Positions 53,733 through 64,000 of a DNA stretch of 64,000 bases are shown piece by piece (position 1 is the stretch's first letter; each line of letters opens with the position of its first letter). The DNA lies in assembly GCA_012295275.1 (NCBI GenBank), contig CM022670.1, forward strand, positions 28,334,001 to 28,398,000, written 5' to 3'. The notes under the pieces were generated by a model. The model searched no databases and was not told the origin of the DNA. It was given only the letters and a program-made list of their open reading frames with translations. Origin of the DNA: Chrysomallon squamiferum. Its lineage: Eukaryota; Animalia; Mollusca. The translations under genes and the position numbers were made by a program.

Positions 53733-54964
53733 CTTTAGACGCTAACGTAAATATTAAAAAGGTAATATCTAACATCTTTCTTTCTTTTTTTTTTTTTCTT
53801 TTTTTTTTCCTTCACAGTGCTATATCATTTGGAAAACTGACGAAAAGACAAAAAACCATTTACAAGCCTGGTAACTAGTTAAAACAAAATTACGTGAATT
53901 GATCTTAGTTACAGAAACGTTAGAAATCGTCAGCAAATTTTCAGAAAATTTCACATTTAGATTATAGAGTAACGTTTGTCGCTTAATGCAAGAACAATAT
54001 ATTATTAATAATGGGTCATATTTTAACGGAAAATGACCGTCTGCACTTTTTCAACAGTAACATGTTATTGTTTACATTTATACATTCACACTGATTTCTT
54101 CAGTGCGACCCAGGTGGAAATGTTTTAAAAATTTGTCATAGCTTTGGAAATATAGTTATCTATAACATCATTCACTGCCTTTTTGCTACACGCATATAAA
54201 GAGCAGATATTGTGTATTTTGTTTAATACTGATGGAGAAAAAAACCCAGAAAAAACCTTTTTTTTTGCTGTGTTACTCGTGCTACTCGCTCCTCTTTATA
54301 GAAAACTTTGTTAGTTTTATTATTTTTCAAAACAAACCAAAAATTAAGATCGATTAGAAACCGTTCATCAGATCAAACGACATTTCGTAGGCTTCATGTA
54401 CATTGTAAATGTGATATGTAGGTATGAATGAATTTTTTATGGTTCTTGCTTTTTCAACAACAAAACAAACAAGAAAACAAACTAGCGTGCCTTCAGATGC
54501 AAGATCGATGCTCGTCTGTTTAATGTTCCACATTTACCTGTTTGATTGCTGACATGTGTGCCATCCTAAGTCATTTGGCGACTAGTGATAAGGGATTGGC
54601 TCCTGCTTCTCGGTTGTCACACTGGATGTTTTGTGTTTTTTGAAGTCATACTTGATATCGAGGAATGAATCAGAACTTCTCTAAAGTTGCTAAATATGTG
54701 ATGTACATTTTCCTTGTTTCCTTTTTATAAAATTCGCATCAAGATTTCTTCTTGTTTCTTTTTTGCATGTACATTTCTTATACACCTTCTGTACCCTTTT
54801 AAGTTCTATGAAGGTTCATGTCACAATTTTTTCTGAAGACAGGTTGGAAAAGGAGGATAAAGAATAATGTTGTTAGATGAGTGTCAAATAATAAATAAAA
54901 TTAGTAGGTATGAGACGAAACAGTGTCCATAAAAGCCCTGTCAGTATCTTTTGCTATGCACAAA

Positions 54965-55049
54965 CCAACTAAAACCGGTGAAAACCGGTATTGAGAATAT
55001 CTGTCGGTAATTTACCAGTATTGATATTATTGGTAATTTGCAAACCCTA
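54965..55049. mobile_element. Solo end of a probable hAT-type DNA transposon
   Basis: Ends in TTGCAAACCCTA (reverse complement TAGGGTTTGCAA), preceded by repeated ACCGGT/CGGTAA subterminal motifs. No partner TIR found. Confidence 0.3.
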
Positions 55050-55149
55050 ATTCCTATACATAAAATAATTTGGAGTTCGCTGATAGCAAATATTCATTTA
55101 CACCAGAAAAATATATGCACTACATTAATAATCACCGTAGCGCAAAGTA

Positions 55150-57665
55150 TTCATGCTTAAAGTAGTAGTAGTAGTAATTTTTCTTCTAACAATAGATGTC
55201 TCTTCACAAGAGCATGCACTGCCTCCCATTTGATTCAAGACGATGTTGGTTCATTATATTGGCAGCTTTTAAACTACACAGTTTGCATTAGGTGTGAAAC
55301 AGACTAAATACCCACTTTTAGGAGATAATTCTAATGAAGATGAATAAGAACCCAGCCAGGATTAGCAAGAAGAACAATATGTACAAATAAACCGAACACA
55401 ACGATTTTTATCAATGTAAAGTTTGCAATGGCTTTTTAAAACTCTGCATCAACATTAGCAAAAGTATTTATATGTTAGGTTTAACAAAAAATAATCTTAC
55501 ATTATTGATAATAAATGATCAAGCATCTTCAGGTAAATCTTAAGAAAAGGTAACGTCTTCAGGTAATCTTCAGGTAACATCTTCAGGTGAAGTGTTTTCC
55601 TCCTCTTCATGCCCAAAAGATGGTCACACAGTTCTTCCACAGGTCATACGGTTGAAGCGAAGCTACCTTAATCTTCTTAATGCAGTGGTAACAGGACAAT
55701 TGGAGATCCTTATTGTTTTCTTTTTCTACTGATGTCGTCTTTTTGATCATGACACCATGATTTGGTAATGAATATAATCAAATCAAGGGAGACAACTCCA
55801 ATTAACAACACGACTGCAAGAGTTATTGCCTATAAGCCTCACAATTTTTTGAAAATTACGTATTAAATAAATAAAACACTTATGTAGTTCATAATTTCCT
55901 AAAACATTTATTTTTAATGTTAATTAACATAATGAAGATAACTATTTTTCTGTATTTATAGTCTATTGTTTATTAATTTTTCATTAGACAACAGGGAACA
56001 ATCAGAGTGTGAAGTATCTGCTACTACAGCTAGTGTGGAAACTCCAATGAAACTACCGAAGAGGAAGTGGAGTTTTATAAAAACGCTTGGACACAATATC
56101 TTGTTGCCAGAAAAAATAGGAAAAATATGAAAGTACTCTTATACGTTGTCTTAAAAGTGTGAAGAAGCTAATTATCATCTAAAAGAAGTTAGAAAGAAAG
56201 TCAAAGGAGAAAATGGACATTAATCAGTATTGGAAGAAGAATATTTATTGTATTTGCACAAAGAAATTTCAACGACAATTTATTATGAATGGATGTAAAT
56301 AAACAAATCACAAACAAATCGAATATATGGAACGAATATGAGAAGAGAAGGAAACTTTCTTTTCATTCATATGTAAAGAACATAAACTTGAAGAAGTTAT
56401 AAACTTTGCTATTTGTGGAATCAGCATAATGGATTGCAAATTGATTATAAACCAATATATGATGTTCAATATGAAAAGAAGAAAGAAATGCTACAAACCT
56501 ATAAATATATAATTGATATCATTTATACTAGAAATAAACATTATATATTATTAAAAATATATCTTTTAAAGATATATATAATTTTCATCTAAAAGGTAAT
56601 GTACAAAATAAATATATTTTTAATTATAGTTCTTATTTTCAAATAAAATTTAATCATAAAACCATTAGAAGAGAATATGTTTTTAAAACTGATAAAGATA
56701 TTACACATTTTATAATGCATAATAATCATTAAAAACCTTTTGCTATATATGCAAATAATTAATATGTAAACAAAAAAATTAAAGATGTTATACTTGATTA
56801 TATAACTATAAATACAGAAGATAATTGGAATATTTGTACTGATTGGTTTTGTACATGTGGAAAATCTGTAAAAGATCATATCATATATGTAAGTGATAAA
56901 ACAGTAGAAGTTTGGACAGAGAAAGCACAAGAGGATCTGGAAACATATATGTCATATTATATAATTAACTCTGATGATGATACATCAGGAGTAACAAACC
57001 ATGTAATAAGTGTTACAGAAAAAAGTATTGTGCACAAATAAAGAATTAAAAAGTTCACAAATGTTTGTCCTTATTTTTATCCAGGTATTTTTCCCATGGG
57101 TTTGACAGCAAGAATTTGGTAAAGTTTTCCTTTACAAAGTTCTGTATAATCCTTTTTATGATAAGTCATTTATCCATAAACATAAATATCTCTCATAACA
57201 GTCTTGATCCACAAATCTGTCTGATAATCTGTCCGCTAATTGCGGAATCTTATATTTGAACAAATTTCTTTCCATCTTGATGCTTAGTACAGTGTTTCCT
57301 AACAAAACTTAACTCAGAAATATATGTACTTCTTATATTGGTGAAAGACTGATAAAAGTAGCATAAATGCATTGTGCATTTCTATTAAGATTAAAGTGAT
57401 ATAAAACGTCTAATTGTGCTTTTTATCATATTGAGTACCAAAAAGTTTAAACTGTAATATCCAAACATTCAAATATCTAATTCTATTCTAAGAAAAGGTG
57501 CAATGTACTTTTCAAGTAACTGTTTGCTTAAGAAACAATCGTTAACATGCATTGGTTTACATGAACTCATTTTCTCAAACAGGTGCTTTCGTAGCTTCAG
57601 TAGCACTTTCATTGGCAAAATATGGCAATGGCACATAATGCAGAGGATAAAGATCATCTTCAAAT
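55150..57665. pseudogene. Tract of decayed, intronless, closely packed ORF remnants on both strands (unidentified)
   Basis: A + strand frame at ~56550-57041 reads ~160 codons with only 2 internal stops (…IKNISFKDIYNFHLKGNVQNKY…WNICTDWFCTCGKSVKDHIIYVSDKTVEVWTEKAQEDLETYMSYY…VHK*). A convergent - strand frame at ~57060-57660 gives segments such as MERNLFKYKIPQLADRLSDRFVDQDCYERYLC and FLLSNPWEKYLDKNK. The long homopolymer and microsatellite runs typical of the flanks are largely absent. Confidence 0.45.
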
Positions 57666-57668
57666 GCC

Positions 57669-60156
57669 AAAATCTCTACTCACAAGGTGTCACATCTGTA
57701 AAGCAGATAAAGGTGCATCAGAACAACAAACTTGTTCCAACAAGTACCTTTTTTCTGACATTTAATGTGCCCACTCTTCCAGATTCTGTGAAAGCAGGAT
57801 ATCTGCATGTTCCTGTTATGCCATACATTCCATATCCTTTAAGATGTTTTAAATGTCAAAAATATGGACATGGACAGAATACATGTAACAAATTGACATG
57901 TGCTCAATGTGGGCAGTTTGACCATGAAAATAAGTCATGTCAGAATGATATGGCATGTACCAACTGTGGAGGAAAACACTTTGCATACTCTCAAGAGTGC
58001 CCAAAGTGGGAACTGGAAAAACGGTACAACGTATTAAAGTCAAAAGAAAACTGTCATTCCCGGAGGCTAGAAAAGTGAGAGAGTCATCTTCAGCAGCGGT
58101 AGCAAGGATATCAGTCATACACTGGCACTGTTAGGGTGTCTACACCCAACATAGCCATTCAGACCGATTTAACATGGCCAAACGGTGTAGACAAATTTAA
58201 AAACATTTTGGATATTGAAAAAACAAAGAAACAGACTGCTGAAGTACAAAATTCTTTGGATTCTAAAAATCTTTCAAAGGGCTCGTCTGCCGGGCTGCCA
58301 GGTCCCAGCAAGCTGCCTTCTGGAAAAGAGACCAAGAAACAGAGTAAGGATTCTTCTTCAGAAAGGTTAAAGAAAGCTGAACAACAACTGATTCTGACCA
58401 ATAATCCTTACAGAATGTTGGCTGAAATGGGCGATCTGATGGATATCTCAGAAAATCGTCCACAACCTTGAAAATCACCGAAAGAAATATTAAAACACAT
58501 ACTATCTACTAACGACTATTTCAGTCGTTCAGTGGAATTGCCGGGGGCTTAGGCCCAGTTTTGATGAATTGAGCCTTTTAGTTGTTAAACATTATCCCTT
58601 TGCAGTGTGTCTTCAGGAAACTTTCCTTAAAGAGACTGATAGTTTTACTGTTAGGGGATTTAACCTCTATCACAAATTCCAGGAAACTAAACCTAGAGCA
58701 TCTATTCTTGTTAATGAGAACATTCCCCAGAGTATTGTTACCTTAAATACCAGCTTACAGGTTATGGCTGTTAAAGTCACAGTTCAAAAAAGTTTAGCAA
58801 TCATTTCAGTTTTAACACTCAAGACCTCCAAGATCTCATAGACCGACTCTTTTTATTCTGATGGGAGATTTCAGTGGTCAAAATACATTGAGGGGATGTG
58901 AAGAGGTTAATAATAGAGGTCAATAATTGGAGGACTTAATTCTCAAAAATGATTTGATTCTCTTTAATGATAAAAGTCACACGTTTTCATTCTGCTAGAA
59001 GTACCTTCACTTCAGTAGACTTAACCCTTTGTAGTCCATCAGTTTATCTCTATTTCTCTGGAAAGTTGGTCCCGATCCTTGTGGTAGTAACCATTTTCCC
59101 ATTTTCTTGGAGAATAATAGACCACCTTGTCTTGAAAGGGTTCAAAGATGGAAGCTGATGATGGCAAACTGGGATCAATTCCAACATCTATGTGGCACTC
59201 ATCTGCACCAGTCTGCCATTAGAGATGCTGATGATCCCATTTCCTTGTTTACTTCCATCTTGAAGGACATTGCAGAAGAGGCTATACCCAAGACATCGGC
59301 AATACAAAACTGCTTTTAAAAAACCTTGGTTTAATGATTCTTGTAAAGATGTAATCAAAGAGCGCAACAGGACCTTGGAAAGGTTCAAACGAGAGCCAAC
59401 TGAGGGCAGCCTGGATACTCATCACATTGCTAGGGCTAAGGCACGCAGACATATCCAACACAGTAAGAAGACATCTCGGAGGAAATATATTACCACTATC
59501 CCAAACACCAGTCAAACCTGTGTGGAATAGGATAAAAAATATCAAAGGAAAGGCATCCAGTAACACTATCCACCATTTATCTGTCAATGATAGCGATGTC
59601 ACATGACACTGCTGATGTATTGGCAGATAACCTTTCTCATAATTCTTCTTCTTTCAGAACAGATGATTTTGCATCTGTACGCAATAAAGCTGTAAAGCAG
59701 ATTATTAATTTTTCATTTGATAATACTGAAATATACAATATGCCCTTCTCCATAGAAGAATTGCAGAATGTTCTAGGTAGAGCTCATGACACTTTAGCAG
59801 GAACAAATGAAATACACTATCAGTTAATTAAACATTTACCCAGTTCTTCTCTCTTGCTTCTTCTGAGAATTTTCAATAAAAGCTGGATTTCTTGGAACTT
59901 TCCTTCTGACTGGAGGAAAGGAATTGTCATTCCTATTCCAAAGCCTGGTAAGGATCCAACAAAGACTACTAGTTATCACCCTATTGCCTTGACAGGTTGC
60001 ATCTGCAAAACCATGGAACAAATTATCGATCATAGATTGGTCTGGTTTCTTGAATCTCACAAACTGCTTACTTATGTGCAGTGTGGTTTCAGATACAGAT
60101 GTTGCATGACTGGTCATCTTGTTAGATTTGAAACATTTTGCAGGGAAGTTTTCATT
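57669..60156 (+). mobile_element. Degenerate non-LTR retrotransposon (I/Nimb/Jockey group), internal fragment: 3' half of ORF1, APE endonuclease and N-terminal RT
   Basis: ORF1 gag-like knuckles PLRCFKCQKYGH...C, CAQCGQFDH...C and CTNCGGKH...C. ORF2 reads VQWNCRGL (~58527), CLQET, MGDF, VDLTLCS, GSNHFPI, then RT-proximal WRKGIVIPIPKPGKDP..SYHPIALT..ICKTME and QCGFR. Many frameshifts and stops; breaks off before the YADD motif. Confidence 0.92.
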
Positions 60157-60494
60157 GCTATATTGTTTGAAGTCAATAATAAATAAATAAATAAATAAAA
60201 ATAAAGACAAAAACAGAACAAAAACAAAACAAAGTAAAATATTAATCATCTGAAACACCAAGGACAAGACATCATGGTAATATTTTCTTTTATTGTTTAT
60301 CACTGTGACTGTTTGTCCAGTGGTCAGTGTTATTACATACTCATAATATACAGGTTTGTGTAATAAACAATATTTGTAATGGTAATAGTAACATCACCTT
60401 GTTTAATATATATAGAGGTATAATGTGTTCAATTAAATGCACAGGTGATCAAATTTACAACTTTGGCCAGCAGCTAATTCTTTGTTTTCAGACA

Positions 60495-60644
60495 ACTTAT
60501 CTGATATAGACACATGTAATAAGTATACATACTTATCTGATATATACACATGTAATAAGTATACATACTTATCTGATATATACACATGTAATAAGTATAC
60601 ATACTTATCTGATATATACACATGTAATAAGTATACATACTTAT
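60495..60644. repeat. 36-bp tandem repeat, 4 copies (ACTTATCTGATATATACACATGTAATAAGTATACAT)
   Basis: Near-identical units; explains the three periodic ORFs at 60433-60709. Confidence 0.95.
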
Positions 60645-60991
60645 GCATTTTATATAAATATTCTTTCTGCTATGCAAACATATACAGATTTATAAAGATG
60701 ATGAAATAACTTGATGACTGGCCAGTGAATATGAATTGTTTTATACATATTTTATACAATGTATTGTATACAGTTTACAAGTTTCGTTTACACATTGAAT
60801 ATTCTTTGCACATATGTATAGTGGAGGTGAGTATAAATAAGGAGTTACAGAGATTTTTAAAAATGTATAGAAATATATATTTTATGTATATAAGTATATA
60901 TGTGTGTTTATATATATCTGTGTTGTTTATTTTCAAGTATTTTTTTCTTGATCTTTCAAACCATTCTGCTTTTGTATTTCATATTTAATGT

Positions 60992-61030
<39 letters not shown>

Positions 61031-62342
61031 AATAATAATAATAATAATAATAATAAAATTTCAAAATAAACAAACTAATTGGAAAAAAACACAAAACAAC
61101 TAAATAAAGTAAACTATGAAAACCCTGAGAACTGAAATGAAGTAATTATCTAAATTCTTCAAGATGTCTGCAACTACAGAACACACAAGCTGCCATTTAA
61201 TTAAAAATAATAATAACTGTTTGTTATTTATGGCTTTGTCTGTGACACAGGAATCAAAATCTCATTCTCTGTCAGATGATGAAAAGGAAAATGCTGTACA
61301 TTTGTCTGACTGAAATCACATTATAGTTATCAGAAAATAGAAATTAAATATCTGGGCTTTACCAAATAATAGCTTTGTCATACAGGTAAAAGTACATTAT
61401 CAAGGCTTTGTAATAGTTGGGACATAAAAATTTAATTATCATCATCTTGAAGTTTAAACCCAACAAAAAATATCAAGGCTTTTTAAGTCAGATGACAAAA
61501 TGAAACTACGATGAAAAAAGATAAAAGAAAAAGGTAGAAAATACTGCCGTCTGTTATCATTTTGAATTTGCTTCTTGTTTTTTGTTATTAAACAGATGTA
61601 AATTTTTAATTCTGTTCCATTGTTGTGTAAATAATACATTCATATACAACATATACACATATACATGTACTGAAATTATGTATGTATATATATATATATA
61701 GTTATTTGTTGTGTATAACAGGATCCTGTTTGTATATTTATGCTTGAAGATCACAGGCATTTATGCTTTAGTTACCCATATTTCAGATAAATATTTACAT
61801 GCATAGTTCAAACAAAGCTGCCTTCATACTCAACAATTTATTGTAACAACTTGTAGATCCTATTTCTTGTTTCTTTTGTTGTCATTTTCTTTAAATAAGA
61901 TTATATTGAATTATGAAGTAAAAAAAATGCAAAATAATGATGTCACTATATTTTTGTTTTAAATTTGTTTTGTTTTTGCCATTTTTTAAATTTATTTATT
62001 TTATTATTATTATCTGTAGAGTAAGAAGTCAGCTTTATCAACCATGTCATGGCACAAAGGGAAGGGAGGTAATTAGTGACTCCTCAGAACACAGGAAACT
62101 GCAAAAGCAGTTGTTTATATACGCGTGTCATCATATTTTTATAAACATGCTGTCAAGAAAATCATTGTTTTCATTCTGATGTTCCTATTTGTTTTATCTC
62201 ATTCAAACATCTGCACTATAGTGGTTTTCTTTATTATTATTTGTCCTCATAAACACTGCCTTTCTCTGAGGAAAAAAGAAGAAAACAAACAGTAATAATG
62301 ACAATTGTAATAATAATAAACAAATAATAATAATAATAAACA

Positions 62343-62377
<35 letters not shown>

Positions 62378-62456
62378 TAATAACGGTAACAATGAAAACA
62401 TAATGAAACACACACAAAAAATGAACATAAGAACCTTTAGCACTATCAACATTTAA

Positions 62457-62500
<44 letters not shown>

Positions 62501-62989
62501 CAGCTGCCCACATGAAGTTCCACAAATCCAGTTGTCCATCTTTACAAGCATGTTGAACACTTAAATGTCAAATGTTACATTAATTTGAGAATAGTTAGAA
62601 TATTCATTTTTTTTTTTTTTTTTTTTTACAAAAATCCTGTAACAATAACAAAACATGTTGTTAACATACTGTTAACACCATACTGTAACACCAGCTAATG
62701 ATGGCTACTAAGGCATCAGCTGTGTTGAATATTGACTAATTAGGCATACAGTAACATAACAGTGTTAAACACACAGGTAACAGGCACATTACCACTTGCA
62801 GTGTTAAGAAAGTATTTACTGAAATCTCTAACTGAAAATATTTTTTGGCACATCCATATAGAGAAGAAGAAGAAGAATAACCAGATCGCACCAATTGATG
62901 GTTAACAGAATCCTTTTATCATTCACACTTTGTCTGACCACTGTCCTTGCCTGGGAAAATGCTCTCAAGTCCATTGATCTGAGGGGAAA

Positions 62990-63420
62990 TCATTTTCTTA
63001 GAAATGTTCTCAATCTGTTGAATCTAAATGAAACATCTAAGAAATGAACAAATGATTTTCACAGAAATGTTCTCAATCTGATGAAGCCATGAATTTCATT
63101 TTCTTAGAAAAAACATTTATAATCTGATAAATCCATTCATCAGCTTCTGTGAAATATTCTCAACATAATGAATTGATGGCACCATTTTCTAAGAAATGTT
63201 CACCATTCAGTGTATCAGTATAGATCTCTTTCTATGAAATTCTCTGTTTGGTGAATCTACATTTTCTAAGAAATGTTCTCCGTCTGATGTAACCAAGCAT
63301 TTTTCTAAGAAATGTTCTCTGTCTGATGTAACCAAACATTTTTCTAAGAAAGGAGCTCAATCTGGTGAACTGTTAGTCTCTCTTTGCATGAAATGTTGTC
63401 ATTCTGATGACTCCATGTAC
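62990..63420. repeat. Degenerate ~40-bp tandem repeat (TTTTCTAAGAAATGTTCTC..TCTGATG) in the predicted 3' UTR of the RhoGAP gene
   Basis: AGAAATGTTC recurs at ~63000, 63063, 63192, 63268 and 63308. Confidence 0.75.
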
Positions 63421-63490
63421 ATCATTTTCTGTTTTGACCTCAGATAACTGTACTGTTTAAGTCACATGGTGGTGTTATATATATGTTTTA

Positions 63491-63605
63491 TTACACATCT
63501 GTTTCTGGTAAGTCTGCTTGTTGATGGAATGATTCTCGGATTCTGTCCATGTAGTTTGCACACAGATAACCGTATGACTTGTTGTACCATTCCGGACTCC
63601 GACCC
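63491..63605 (-). CDS. STARD13: Terminal coding exon of a DLC1/STARD13/STARD8-family (crossveinless-c-like) RhoGAP-START gene; the rest of the gene lies beyond the window
   Basis: A minus-strand pyrimidine tract plus TTTTCAG acceptor (63608-63606) is followed, in phase 2, by GRSPEWYNKSYGYLCANYMDRIRESFHQQADLPETDV*. This matches the recalled START-domain C-terminus of STARD8/13/DLC1 (GxxPxWYxKxFGHLCAxExxxIRxSF...PETK[IL]). Orthology to one specific vertebrate paralog cannot be assigned. Confidence 0.85.
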
Positions 63606-64000
63606 CTGAAAAGTAACACCAAACAAAAATTAAACAAAAATATAAATAAAAAATAGATTAATAAATATGCAAACATATAAAACTATAGCATTATAATATA
63701 ATTTATTATTGATCATTTCAGTGCATATGTAGTAATTTATTTTGCACAAAGCTTATATATACATTTTTCAGAGTTAAAAATATAAACATCTTTTTTCTCT
63801 TGAAAATATTTATATAAATTTTGAAATTTAATTTAAATCGTGTCCTTTCTTAAACTAGCCGTTACTAAAAATTAATTAATGCATGTATTTAATGTATCTC
63901 TGCCTCTCGTCTGCTTTACCTTGTGTCAGTTCGTGTAAGGTGTGTTATTCTTGTTTTTCCCGATCCGCAAGGCTCCATGAGAAAGTGTGACATAAACTCT

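Overview
AT-rich, CpG-depleted, microsatellite-rich metazoan genomic DNA; the repeat landscape looks mollusc-like, but that is a low-confidence inference. The main content is a tandem cluster of three same-strand heparan-sulfate 3-O-sulfotransferase (HS3ST)-like genes at about 22.8, 33.2 and 42.0 kb. Each has its whole CDS in one exon that starts 13-16 nt after a strong splice acceptor. The paralogs diverge progressively at substrate-binding residues, and the third copy has lost several canonical ones. The acceptor of the second copy is directly followed by a perfect donor consensus (CAG|GTGAGT), as in a recursive splice site. The right-hand ~12 kb holds a hAT-type non-autonomous element carrying a minisatellite, a ~2.5 kb tract of decayed, densely packed ORFs (possible virus- or Polinton-like fossil), a doubly truncated I/Nimb-like LINE, and the last coding exon of a convergent DLC1/STARD13/STARD8-family RhoGAP gene. 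The first ~21 kb is non-coding, with degenerate tandem repeats and SINE-like relics. All alignments and counts were done by eye.
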